DNA of 64,000 nucleotides from Intrasporangiaceae bacterium (GTDB lineage Bacteria; Actinomycetota; Actinomycetes; Actinomycetales; Dermatophilaceae): assembly GCA_021324575.1 (NCBI GenBank), contig JAJPIW010000006.1, positions 5-64,004 of the forward strand, written 5' to 3'. This document shows positions 28,614-37,436 of the stretch, piece by piece. Under the pieces are notes generated by a model. The model made no database searches, had not been told where the DNA came from, and saw only the letters and a list, made by a program, of their open reading frames with translations. Each line of letters starts with the position of its first letter. Position 1 is the first letter of the stretch. A program made the position numbers and the translations under genes.

Positions 28614-29738
28614 GTGAAGGTTCTCCGTATCGGCCAGCTGGCGGCCCTGTCCCTGGCCGGCTCCCTGACCCTGGCCGCCTGTGGCAGCGCCAGCAACGAC
28701 TCGAGCTCATCGACCACGAGCAGTGGCGGCAACACCTCCTCCTCGGCCGCCTCGGCCTGCGCGCCGGGCAACCTGTCGGCCGCCGGGTCCACCGCCCAGC
28801 TGAACGCCATGACCCAGGCCGGGTCGGGCTACAAGACCGCCTGCAACGCCGAGCTCGCCTACAACGGCACGGGCTCCGGTGCCGGCATCACCTCCTTCCT
28901 GAGCAAGCAGATCGACTTCGCCGGCTCCGACTCGGCGCTCAGCTCGACGGCCAAGGACGGCGACGAGTTCGCCAAGGCGAAGACGGCCTGCGGCTCCGAC
29001 GCGATCGACCTGCCGATGATCACCGGCCCGATCGCCGTCGCCTTCAACGTCAAGGGCGTCACCAAGCTCAACCTCACCGCCTCGCTCGTCGCGAAGATCT
29101 TCGCCGGCAAGGTCACGACGTGGAACGACAAGGCCATTGCCGACGCCAACTCCGGCGTCACGCTGCCGGCCACCCCGATCTCGGTCTTCTTCCGCTCCGA
29201 CTCCTCGGGCACGACCGACAACTTCACCAACTACCTGAACACCGCCGCGCCGGCTGACTGGACCGACGCCCACAGCAAGACGTGGACCGGCAAGGTCGGC
29301 CAGGGCAAGGCCAAGTCGGCCGGGGTCGGACAGGCCATCAAGGCCACCGACGGCGGCATCGGCTATGTCGAGTGGTCCTACGCGATCCAGAACCAGCTGC
29401 CGATGGCCGCCATCGACAACGGGGCCGGCCCGGTCGAGCTGACCGCCGACTCCGCCGGCAAGGCCGTGGAGGCCGCCACGATCAAGGGCACAGGCGGCGA
29501 CCTGTCGCTCAAGATCGACTACGCCACCAAGGCGGCCGGCGCCTACCCGATCGTCCTGGTGACCTACGAGATCGTCTGCACGAAGTACGCCGACGCCGCC
29601 AAGGGCGCGGCCGTGAAGTCGTTCATGAGCTACCTCGCATCCGACGCGTTCCAGAGCTCGCTGACCCAGATCGGCTCAGCTCCACTCCCCGCCTCGATCC
29701 TGGACAAGGTCAAGGCGTCGGTCGCCACCATCTCCTGA
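28614..29738 (+). CDS. pstS: Phosphate ABC transporter substrate-binding lipoprotein PstS
   Basis: GTG at 28614 (VKVLRIGQLAALSLAGSLTLAACGS, with a lipobox). GTGSGAG and FRSDSSGTT are PstS motifs. Confidence 0.92.
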   Translation: MKVLRIGQLAALSLAGSLTLAACGSASNDSSSSTTSSGGNTSSSAASACAPGNLSAAGSTAQLNAMTQAGSGYKTACNAELAYNGTGSGAGITSFLSKQIDFAGSDSALSSTAKDGDEFAKAKTACGSDAIDLPMITGPIAVAFNVKGVTKLNLTASLVAKIFAGKVTTWNDKAIADANSGVTLPATPISVFFRSDSSGTTDNFTNYLNTAAPADWTDAHSKTWTGKVGQGKAKSAGVGQAIKATDGGIGYVEWSYAIQNQLPMAAIDNGAGPVELTADSAGKAVEAATIKGTGGDLSLKIDYATKAAGAYPIVLVTYEIVCTKYADAAKGAAVKSFMSYLASDAFQSSLTQIGSAPLPASILDKVKASVATIS

Positions 29739-29765
29739 CGACCGCGACAGAGCAGCAGCTCCGAA

Positions 29766-29807
29766 CCTGCGGGGCGTCCAGGCCTGACCGGCCCGGCGCC
29801 CCGCAGG
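29766..29807 (+). terminator. Intercistronic stem-loop between pstS and pstC (possible attenuator or mRNA-stability element)
   Basis: CCTGCGGGGCG-(20 nt)-CGCCCCGCAGG is a perfect 11-bp stem starting 28 nt after the pstS stop. Confidence 0.5.
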
Positions 29808-29846
29808 ACATCCCCTCCAGGGCATCCCCTCCCAGACAGGCAGCAG

Positions 29847-30857
29847 ATGAGCTCGATCACCGGAGTCGCCCTCCCGGAGGAGACCCCCAGCGGCGGCCAG
29901 CCCAAGCCGCTCGACGCCGACCGGGCCAGCACCGGGCGGCTGGGTGACCGGATCTTCGGCGGGGCGGCCCTGGGCTCCGGCCTCCTCATCGTCGTCATCG
30001 TCACCCTCGTCGCGATCTTCCTGCTCGCCCAGGCGGTTCCTGCGCTGTCCAAGGACCACGCCAACTTCCTCACCTCGACCAGCTGGGTCACGTCCCAGCC
30101 GATGGCCTTCGGCATCGCCCAGCTGCTCTGGACGACGGTGGCCTCCTCGGTCGTCGCGCTCCTGTTCGCCGTGCCGTTCGCCGTGGCGATCGCGCTCTTC
30201 CTCACCCAGTACGCCCCCGCCTGGCTGGCTCGCCCCGCTGCCGGCCTCATCGACCTGCTCGCCGCGGTGCCGTCCATCGTCTTCGGCCTGTGGGGCGGCT
30301 TCATCGTGGCCCCCAAGTGGGCGCCCATCCAGCACTTCCTGTCCGACACCCTGGGCTGGATCCCGTTGTTCAAGCCGACCGCCGGCATCACCGGCGGCAA
30401 CACGATCTTCTTCGTCGGCATCATCCTGGCGATCATGATCCTGCCGATCATCACGGCCCTGTCGCGGGAGGTGTTCGCGCAGACGCCGACGACCCACAAG
30501 GAGGGTGCGCTCGCGCTCGGGGCCACCAAGTGGGAGATGGTGCGGACCGCAGTCCTGCCGTTCGGACGCCCCGGCGTCATCAGCGCCTCGATGCTCGGCC
30601 TGGGCCGAGCCCTCGGCGAGACCATCGCCGTCATGATGATCATCTCCGGGCTGCCGAACGGCGCCAAGTGGACCTGGTCGCTCTTCAACGGCGGCGCCAC
30701 GTTCGCCTCCAAGATCGCCAGCGACGCCTCGGAGTTCAGCGGCGGGCTGTCGACCGGCGCCTACATCGCCGCCGGCCTCGTGCTGTTCATCCTCACCTTC
30801 GTCGTCAACGCGATCGCCCGCATCATCATCGAGCGCCGGAAGGACTTCTCCGAATGA
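29847..30857 (+). CDS. pstC: Phosphate ABC transporter permease PstC
   Basis: 336 aa, polytopic, with the EAA-type loop [14 protein letters not shown]. Confidence 0.92.
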   Translation: MSSITGVALPEETPSGGQPKPLDADRASTGRLGDRIFGGAALGSGLLIVVIVTLVAIFLLAQAVPALSKDHANFLTSTSWVTSQPMAFGIAQLLWTTVASSVVALLFAVPFAVAIALFLTQYAPAWLARPAAGLIDLLAAVPSIVFGLWGGFIVAPKWAPIQHFLSDTLGWIPLFKPTAGITGGNTIFFVGIILAIMILPIITALSREVFAQTPTTHKEGALALGATKWEMVRTAVLPFGRPGVISASMLGLGRALGETIAVMMIISGLPNGAKWTWSLFNGGATFASKIASDASEFSGGLSTGAYIAAGLVLFILTFVVNAIARIIIERRKDFSE

Positions 30858-31759
30858 GCAGCACCACCGCGCGTCCCGAGGTCACCTTCGGCTCGAAGTC
30901 CTCCGGCCGGGCGATCCGGAACACGGTCGCGACCGTCCTCGTCTGGGCGGCGTTCCTCATCGCCCTCATCCCGCTCGGCTGGATCATGTGGACAGTCCTC
31001 ACCAAGGGCCTGCACGTCCTCTTCACGGGCACGTGGTGGCAGAAGGACCAGTCCGGGGCCCTGCCGCCCGGCTTCGACCACAACGTCCGCGGCGCCCGGC
31101 ACGCCCTCGTCGGCACCCTGGAGATGAGCGTCGTGACGTCGGTCATCGCGATCCCGATCGCGATCATGACCGCCATCTACCTCGTCGAGTACGGCCGCGG
31201 CAAGGTAGCCCGGCTGGTCAGCTTCATGGTCGACATCCTCTCCGGCATACCGTCGATCGTCGCCGCCCTGTTCATATACGCGATCTGGGTGACGACGTTC
31301 GGGCTCAAGCTGATCCCCGTGTGCGCCTCGATCGCCCTGGCCATGCTGATGATCCCGGTCGTCACCCGGTCGACCGAGGAGATGCTCAAGCTCGTCCCCA
31401 ACGAGCTGCGCGAGGCCTCCTATGCGCTCGGCGTGCCCAAGTGGAAGACGATCACCCGGGTCGTCCTGCCGACGTCGCTGTCCGGCATCGTCACCGGGGC
31501 CCTGCTCGGCTTCGCCCGCGTCGCCGGCGAGACCGCCCCCCTGATCCTGCTCGCGGCATACACCCAGTACCTCAACGAGAACATCTTCTCGGGCAACATG
31601 GCGGCCCTGCCGACCATGATCAGCACCGAGTTCAGCAACATCGGCGACGCGGTGTCCTCCGAGCGCCTGTGGGGAGCGGCGTGCACCCTCATCCTGCTCG
31701 TCCTCGTCATCAACCTCCTTGGTCGCCTCGTCGGGCGTCTGGCCAAGGTCAAGAAGTAA
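30854..31759 (+). CDS. pstA: Phosphate ABC transporter permease PstA
   Basis: ATG at 30854 overlaps the pstC stop (ATGA). The product is 301 aa and carries [14 protein letters not shown]. Confidence 0.92.
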   Translation: MSSTTARPEVTFGSKSSGRAIRNTVATVLVWAAFLIALIPLGWIMWTVLTKGLHVLFTGTWWQKDQSGALPPGFDHNVRGARHALVGTLEMSVVTSVIAIPIAIMTAIYLVEYGRGKVARLVSFMVDILSGIPSIVAALFIYAIWVTTFGLKLIPVCASIALAMLMIPVVTRSTEEMLKLVPNELREASYALGVPKWKTITRVVLPTSLSGIVTGALLGFARVAGETAPLILLAAYTQYLNENIFSGNMAALPTMISTEFSNIGDAVSSERLWGAACTLILLVLVINLLGRLVGRLAKVKK

Positions 31760-31781
31760 CGGCAAAGGGACCACCACCACC

Positions 31782-32558
31782 ATGGCCAAGCGCATCGACG
31801 TCCAGGACCTGGACATCTTCTACGGCGACTTCAAGGCGGTCGAGGGCGTCAACCTCAGCGTCGAGCCACGGTCGGTCACCGCGTTCATCGGCCCCTCGGG
31901 TTGCGGCAAGTCCACCGTGCTGCGGACGCTCAACCGGATGCACGAGGTGATCCCCGGCGGCCGGGTCCAGGGCAAGGTGCTCCTGGACGACGAGGACCTG
32001 TATGCCGCGTCGATGGACCCCGTGGTCGTCCGGCGGACGGTCGGCATGGTCTTCCAGCGACCCAACCCGTTCCCGACGATGTCCATCGCCGACAACGTCG
32101 CCGCCGGCCTGCGGCTCAACGGGGTCAAGGACAAGAAGACGCTGAACGAGGTCGTCGAGAAGTCGCTCAAGGGCGCCAACCTCTGGAACGAGGTCAAGGA
32201 CCGCCTGGACAAGCCCGGCGCCGGCCTCTCCGGCGGCCAGCAGCAGCGGCTCTGCATCGCCCGCGCGATCGCCGTCCAGCCCCAGGTGCTGCTCATGGAC
32301 GAGCCCTGCTCGGCGCTGGACCCGATCTCCACGCTGGCGATCGAGGACCTCATCCACGAGCTCAAGGACAGCTTCACCGTCGTCATCGTCACGCACAACA
32401 TGCAGCAGGCGGCGCGGGTGTCGGACCAGACGGCGTTCTTCAACCTCAAGGCCACCGGCCAGCCCGGGCACCTCATCGAGATCGACGACACCAAGACGAT
32501 CTTCAACAACCCGACCGAGAAGGCCACCGAGGACTACATCAGCGGTCGCTTCGGCTGA
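31782..32558 (+). CDS. pstB: Phosphate ABC transporter ATP-binding protein PstB
   Basis: ATG at 31782. Walker A is GPSGCGKST, the signature is LSGGQQQRL and Walker B is [11 protein letters not shown]. Confidence 0.95.
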   Translation: MAKRIDVQDLDIFYGDFKAVEGVNLSVEPRSVTAFIGPSGCGKSTVLRTLNRMHEVIPGGRVQGKVLLDDEDLYAASMDPVVVRRTVGMVFQRPNPFPTMSIADNVAAGLRLNGVKDKKTLNEVVEKSLKGANLWNEVKDRLDKPGAGLSGGQQQRLCIARAIAVQPQVLLMDEPCSALDPISTLAIEDLIHELKDSFTVVIVTHNMQQAARVSDQTAFFNLKATGQPGHLIEIDDTKTIFNNPTEKATEDYISGRFG

Positions 32559-32635
32559 CCCCACCGCTTCCCGCGGGCCAGACGACGGTTCGTATGCCGG
32601 TGGCGCGATCCGGCTCGTATGCCGAGTGGCCCGGC

Positions 32636-33205
32636 TCAGCTCCTGCCGAACTCCGGGTCCCGGCCGATGAAGCCGAGCAGGCGGGTCTGCACGTCGGCGT
32701 CGTCGGGCACCGGCACGCGGGGCCCGAACTGCCCTGAGGACCGCATCAGCTCCTCGATCGGTGCCATCCCGGCGAGCAGGTCGGCGCAGGTCTGCGGGTC
32801 GAGCCGCTCGTCCTGACCGGTGGCACGGGCCAGGTCCCACGTGTGCATGAACACGTCCGAGGTGTAGAACTGGTCGACCGCGACCGGCAGCGGCATCTCC
32901 CCCACCATCGGGTGCCGGAAGGGGGTGGCTGCCTGCGGCCCTTCCAGCAGCCGCTGCACGGCGTCGGTGTGCACCTGCCAGGCGGCGACCGGGTCCTCGT
33001 CCGGGGACGGGCCGCGGTCGAGCGCCAGCCCGGTCGCACTCCCGAGGAACTCCGGGAACCAGTTGACGAGGTGACCGACCACGTCCCGGGCGCTCCAACC
33101 GGCCACCGGGGCCGGCGCGTCCCAGTCGGACGCCCCCTCCACCCGCGCCGTGAAGGCGGCGGTCACCGCGCGATGGCGCTCCGTCGGTTCAGCGGGGAGG
33201 GTCAT
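32636..33205 (-). CDS. DinB-like / mycothiol-dependent maleylpyruvate isomerase N-terminal domain family protein (TIGR03086-like)
   Basis: ATG at 33205 (MTLPAEPTERHRAV) within track ORF 32636-33583. The 189-aa product has WSARDVVGHL. Confidence 0.7.
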   Translation of the reverse strand: MTLPAEPTERHRAVTAAFTARVEGASDWDAPAPVAGWSARDVVGHLVNWFPEFLGSATGLALDRGPSPDEDPVAAWQVHTDAVQRLLEGPQAATPFRHPMVGEMPLPVAVDQFYTSDVFMHTWDLARATGQDERLDPQTCADLLAGMAPIEELMRSSGQFGPRVPVPDDADVQTRLLGFIGRDPEFGRS

Positions 33206-33726
33206 GCGTGCGCTCCTTCGGTCCTCGCAGCGATCCCGCCGGCGGCGAGCAGGGCGTCCAGCTTGGCGTAGCCCTGGTCGACGCCGACGTCCATGCCGCT
33301 GCGCAGCATGGCGTCCCGGCCCTCGAAGCTGTCGCACAGCGACTTGGTGTGCAGGCGGGTACGGCCGCCGCCGAGGTCTTCGAAGGTGAGCGTCCCCAGC
33401 GCGACCCCATCGGGGTCGCCTTCCCACGTGAAGGTCTGCACGATCCGATCCGGCCGGACCTCGTGGAAGCAGCCGTGGAAGCCGAACTCCACGCCGTCCC
33501 GGGCGGCGACGTAGCGCCAGCTGCCGCCGGTGCTGGCGTCCCAGCGGTCCACCGTGGTCGTCATCCCGTCCGGGCCGACCCACCGGACGAACAGCTCCGG
33601 GTCGGTGTGCGCGCGGAACAGCTGGGCCGGCGTGGCCGCGAAGTCCCGCGTGATGCGGATGGCCGGGACCGTGGGTCCGCCTCGATCGCTGCCTCCTTCA
33701 TGGTGTCGTTCATGCCGTCTCCTCAC
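33202..33726 (-). CDS. SRPBCC (AHSA1/START-like) domain protein
   Basis: ITRDFAATPAQLFRAHTDPELFVRW and GGSWRY are typical of this fold. It is coupled to the downstream gene by a 4-bp overlap, and its start is uncertain. Confidence 0.72.
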   Translation of the reverse strand: MRRRHERHHEGGSDRGGPTVPAIRITRDFAATPAQLFRAHTDPELFVRWVGPDGMTTTVDRWDASTGGSWRYVAARDGVEFGFHGCFHEVRPDRIVQTFTWEGDPDGVALGTLTFEDLGGGRTRLHTKSLCDSFEGRDAMLRSGMDVGVDQGYAKLDALLAAGGIAARTEGAHA

Positions 33727-34069
33727 GGGCCGGGCGGCGCCCGGCCTCTTCGTCGTCCAGCTCGGCCAGCACGGCGTCGAGCCGCTGGTACCTGGCCTCG
33801 GCCTGCTGCCGGTAGCGCTCGATCCACTTCGTCATCAGGTCGAAGACCTCCGCCTCCACGTGCACCGGGCTGCGGTGCCCGTCCGCGGAGCGGCTGACCA
33901 GGCCGGCCTGCTCGAGCACCTTCAGGTGCTTGGAGATGGCCTGCACACTGACCCGGTACGGCGCCGCCAGCTGCCCGACCGTGGCGTCGCCGTCGGTGAG
34001 CCGGGCCACCAGGTCGCGCCGGGTCGGGTCGGCCAGGGCCGCGAACACCTGCGACAGCGGGTCGCTCAT
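33710..34069 (-). CDS. ArsR/SmtB-family transcriptional regulator
   Basis: 119 aa with ALADPTRRDLVARL and the recognition helix VSVQAISKHLKVLEQAGLV. Confidence 0.88.
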   Translation of the reverse strand: MSDPLSQVFAALADPTRRDLVARLTDGDATVGQLAAPYRVSVQAISKHLKVLEQAGLVSRSADGHRSPVHVEAEVFDLMTKWIERYRQQAEARYQRLDAVLAELDDEEAGRRPAREETA

Positions 34070-34174
34070 CTCAGCCTCCGAACCTCAACCGATTGGTTGA
34101 GGAAACCGTACGCTCTGACCCGAGCCCACGTCAACCGAATGGTTGAGATCTGGTCCGTATGCCGGGCGCTCAGG

Positions 34175-35176
34175 TCAGACGAAGAGGTGGATCGCGGCAT
34201 ACGCTGCCGCTGCGGCCAGCCCGGCACCGGGGAAGGTGAACACCCACGCGCCGACGATGTTCTTGGCGACGCTCCAGCGGACCGCCTTGACCGACCGGGT
34301 CGCGCCGACGCCCATGATCGCCGAGGTGATGGCGTGGGTGGTCGAGATCGGCGCCTGCATCGCGGTCGCGACGAACAGGATCGACGCGGCGGTGATCTCG
34401 GCCGCGAAGCCCTGCGGGGGGTCGAGGTGGATGATCCGCCGGCCGAGGGTGCGCATGATCCGCCAGCCACCGGAGTACGTGCCCGCGCTGATGACGACCG
34501 CGGACATGACCAGGACCCAGAGCGGCACGTGCGAGGAGTCCCCGTGGAAGCCGCCGACGGTGAGCGCCAGGACGACGACGCCCGCGGTCTTGGCCGCGTC
34601 CTGCATGCCGTGGCCGAACGCCATGGCGGCCGCCGAGACGGTCTGGGCGTAGCGGAAGCCGCGACCCACCTTGGCCGGCATCTGCCGCCGGAAGATCCAC
34701 AGGATCGCGGTCATGACGAGGTAGCCGAGGATCAGGCCGACGATGGGCGACAGGACCATCGGGATGATGACCTTGTCGATGATGCCCTGCCACTTGACCG
34801 TGGCGCCGGCCGCGAGCGCTGCCCCGCCGAGCCCACCGATGAGGGCGTGGCTCGAGGAGGACGGCAGGCCGAACCACCAGGTGAGCAGGTTCCAGGCGAT
34901 GGCCCCGATGAGGGCGCCGGCGCAGATGACCAGCCCGGAGGTCCCTTGCGGTGCGGTGATGATGCCCTTGCCCACTGTGGCGGCAACCTTGGTGCCGGCG
35001 AACGCTCCGAACAGGTTGGCCGCGGCGGCCATGACCAGCGCGATGCGGGGGGTGAGCGCCCGGGTCGACACCGACGTGGCGATGGCGTTGGCCGAGTCGT
35101 GGAAGCCGTTGGTGTAGTTGAACCCCATCGCCAGGATGACGACAAGGATCACCCCGAGCAGGTTGGCCTGGTCCAT
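34175..35176 (-). CDS. pit: Inorganic phosphate transporter, PiT family
   Basis: 333 aa, polytopic. The signature NGFHDSANAIATS is present and there is a second repeat near the C-terminus. Confidence 0.9.
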   Translation of the reverse strand: MDQANLLGVILVVILAMGFNYTNGFHDSANAIATSVSTRALTPRIALVMAAAANLFGAFAGTKVAATVGKGIITAPQGTSGLVICAGALIGAIAWNLLTWWFGLPSSSSHALIGGLGGAALAAGATVKWQGIIDKVIIPMVLSPIVGLILGYLVMTAILWIFRRQMPAKVGRGFRYAQTVSAAAMAFGHGMQDAAKTAGVVVLALTVGGFHGDSSHVPLWVLVMSAVVISAGTYSGGWRIMRTLGRRIIHLDPPQGFAAEITAASILFVATAMQAPISTTHAITSAIMGVGATRSVKAVRWSVAKNIVGAWVFTFPGAGLAAAAAYAAIHLFV

Positions 35177-35183
35177 GGGCGGC

Positions 35184-35807
35184 TCAGGACTCCTTGACGG
35201 CGATGCTCTCGACCTTGTGGGCCACCTTCTCGAACGCGTCGGCAGCGGCCTCGAGCTCGTCGATGACCTCCTTCTGCTTCATGACGGTGATCGGGTCGGG
35301 GTTGGGGCCGTTGAAGAGCTCGGCGAGCAGGCGCCGGTAGGCCTTGTCGGCCTGGTTCTCGAGCCGGTTGATCTCGATCCAGTACTCGGAGAGGTCGCGC
35401 ATCGACCGGAGCTTGGGCATCGACTCGGCGGTGAGGTCGGCCATCCGGCACAGCACCTCGACCTGCTTGGTGACGCGCGGCAGCAGGTCGTCGATCTTGT
35501 AGAGGCCGATCAGGTCGACCGCCGCCTCCATGTGGTCGACGCAGTCGTCGAGCGCCACGGCGAGGTCGTGGATGTCCTCGCGGTCGAACGGAGTGATGAA
35601 GGAGCTGTTGGCCCGGTTGATGATGGCGTGGGTCGCCTCGTCGGCCTGGTGCTCGATCTCCATCATCTTCTTGACGATGTCCTTGCGCTCCTCGGCCGTC
35701 GCTCCGAGCACAGCCGTCAGCTGCTCGGCGCCCTCGACGAGATAACGGCTCGAGGCGGCGAACAGCTCATAGAAGCTGGTGTCCTGGGGTGTGAGGCGAA
35801 AGCCCAC
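35184..35807 (-). CDS. DUF47-family (PhoU-like) Pit accessory protein
   Basis: 207 aa. IEHQADEATHAI and REDIHDLAVALDD are present, and the gene lies immediately upstream of pit. Confidence 0.85.
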   Translation of the reverse strand: MGFRLTPQDTSFYELFAASSRYLVEGAEQLTAVLGATAEERKDIVKKMMEIEHQADEATHAIINRANSSFITPFDREDIHDLAVALDDCVDHMEAAVDLIGLYKIDDLLPRVTKQVEVLCRMADLTAESMPKLRSMRDLSEYWIEINRLENQADKAYRRLLAELFNGPNPDPITVMKQKEVIDELEAAADAFEKVAHKVESIAVKES

Positions 35808-35911
35808 GATTGTTCTCCCGGCAGAAGGTGACGGTGCGGGAGCAACAGTATGGCCAGAGAGAGGCGTGCGCCCAACCAGCAGGTGACGAAGTTTGCCCGG
35901 CGTGGCCCGCT

Positions 35912-36091
35912 CTAGCCGGCGACGGCCTCAGCGGAGACCTTGTCCCGCGGCTGGACGCCCAGCACCCGGTCGATGTCGGCCTGGGAGAGGTGTCCGTCGC
36001 TGCCGGCGGCGGCGATGACCAGCACACCGACAAGGGCGATCTCGTCGCGCAGCGGCGCGTCCACGAGGTCGTCTCGGTGTGAGCTTGTCAT
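35912..36091 (-). CDS. Candidate small ORF (59 aa), below the ORF-track cutoff
   Basis: ATG 36091 to TAG 35912 encodes MTSSHRDDLVDAPLRDEIALVGVLVIAAAGSDGHLSQADIDRVLGVQPRDKVSAEAVAG. Third codon positions are strongly G/C, but no clear Shine-Dalgarno sequence is present. Confidence 0.4.
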   Translation of the reverse strand: MTSSHRDDLVDAPLRDEIALVGVLVIAAAGSDGHLSQADIDRVLGVQPRDKVSAEAVAG

Positions 36092-36132
36092 CTGTCAAGG
36101 ATACGAACCGCGACGGGTTCGGGTGAGCCGTT

Positions 36133-36162
36133 TAGGTACAGGCTTGGTAAAACTTTCGTCAA
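36133..36162 (-). promoter_or_regulatory. Candidate sigma-70-type promoter for the small-ORF/DUF47/pit operon
   Basis: On the minus strand TTGACG (36162-36157) is followed by 18 nt and then TACCTA (36138-36133), within a locally A/T-richer patch. Confidence 0.3.
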
Positions 36163-36218
36163 GGTAACCGGTGCGCGGGGCTCGCCGGACCCGAGCCCGG
36201 ATCCGCCCTCGGTCGACC

Positions 36219-36266
36219 GATCACGACATGCGGCAGTCCCCCAACCATCTCCCGCATGTCGTGATC
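36219..36266. other. Perfect 15-bp inverted repeat with an 18-nt loop in a 430-bp gene-free spacer
   Basis: GATCACGACATGCGG-cagtcccccaaccatctc-CCGCATGTCGTGATC. The loop is C-rich on the plus strand. Confidence 0.5.
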
Positions 36267-36518
36267 GCTCGACTCAGGGAACCCGGGCTGGTGGGACCTG
36301 GCTCGACGTCAGCGACGCGTCCAGCGAGGAACGAGCTGGACAAGGAGTTGACGTCGGGCTGGGAGCGCCTCACGGCGCGTGGCCGCTCGTAGCGGCTAAT
36401 TTTGGGACCCGGGGCTGCCGCAGCCCGACGTCTGCACGACTCTAACCCCTCTGGCACCATTTTCGTTCCCGGAACGCGTCTGGCGAACCGCTTGCTGTTG
36501 CGCTCGTATGCCGCGCAG

Positions 36519-37175
36519 TCAGGTGAGCTCGCCGGCTCGCCAGAGCGCGGCACAAGCTCGCAGGTCGTTGCTCGTCTGCAGCATCGAGACACCTCGGCGC
36601 GTGAGCACACCGGCGGCGGGCCCGTCGCTGTCACCGGCCAGGTCGGCACGACCCGCTGAGATCACAGCGCAGAAGGCTGAGGCGCGGTCGAGCGCGATGG
36701 CGAAGTCACCGGCATACACGCCGGTGAGGATGTCGTCGGTGATCCGGCGGACCTCGTCGGGACCGGGTGGCTCCGCGACCCCGGCGACGGCGTGGGCGAC
36801 GTCGGTGAACCGGATGCCCGCGGCATACTCCCGGCTGACCTCGTGCGGTGAGCGACGGACCCATTCGCGGATCGCGTAGAGCCGCCAGAGTGCGCCGGGC
36901 AGCGAGCGCGCCGGGCGGTCGCTCCACAGGTCCGCGATGGTCGAGAGGCCGAGCTCGTCGACGAGTGCGACGAGGCGCCTGGTGATCTCCGGGTCGCGTG
37001 CGGCCCGGCCGGCGCCGACGATGACCGCCGCTGTCTCGTGGGCGATCTCGGAGATCTCGGCCGGCCCGGGCGTCGTGCCGCCGTGCTCCTCCAGCTGGTC
37101 CGGGCCGAAGGGCGCAGGCCGGCGGGGTATCGGTCGACCCGAAGGCGTGGTCACGTGTTCCATCCTCTCCCACAA
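36519..37175 (-). CDS. Conserved hypothetical protein
   Basis: 218-aa ORF with high GC3. The start may be the second ATG (MEHVTT). No family was recognised. Confidence 0.6.
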   Translation of the reverse strand: MWERMEHVTTPSGRPIPRRPAPFGPDQLEEHGGTTPGPAEISEIAHETAAVIVGAGRAARDPEITRRLVALVDELGLSTIADLWSDRPARSLPGALWRLYAIREWVRRSPHEVSREYAAGIRFTDVAHAVAGVAEPPGPDEVRRITDDILTGVYAGDFAIALDRASAFCAVISAGRADLAGDSDGPAAGVLTRRGVSMLQTSNDLRACAALWRAGELT

Positions 37176-37287
37176 GAGCGTTGATCGCCTGACCGCACCG
37201 CCGGAGCAGTACCTCCGGCATACGGCGTCCGCACTAGAGTTGGGCCCGCTCGCGCGGCACCGGACCTTGCCGATTCCGCTGCGCGAC

Positions 37288-37359
37288 GGGCCTCTAGCTC
37301 AATGGCAGAGCTGCGGACTTTTAATCCGTAGGTTGTCGGTTCGAATCCGACGGGGCCCA
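37288..37359 (+). tRNA. tRNA-Lys (anticodon UUU)
   Basis: A cloverleaf can be drawn by hand: acceptor GGGCCTC/GGGGCCC, D-arm GCTC-AATGGCA-GAGC, anticodon arm GCGGA-CTTTTAA-TCCGT, T-arm GTCGG-TTCGAAT-CCGAC and discriminator A. No CCA is encoded. Confidence 0.93.
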
Positions 37360-37406
37360 CAAACCTGCAGGTCAGGGGAGCCGACCTTCCGCGAATGCTC
37401 GCCCCG

Positions 37407-37428
37407 GGGCACACATATGGGCACACAT
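37407..37428. repeat. Direct repeat GGGCACACAT x2 between the tRNA and the integrase stop (possible arm-type site)
   Basis: GGGCACACAT (37407-37416), AT, then GGGCACACAT (37419-37428). Confidence 0.4.
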
Positions 37429-37436
37429 GTTGCGAA

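Noticed and set aside
35808-35911. PHO box upstream of the DUF47-pit operon
   Set aside because: Only isolated GTCACC half-sites (GGTGAC on the plus strand at about 35827 and 35882) are present, without the GTTCACC core or 11-nt phasing.
1309-37224. The 9-mer as a restriction-modification target
   Set aside because: R-M targets are normally avoided rather than about 50-fold enriched, and the word is not palindromic. Modification cannot be excluded without methylome data.
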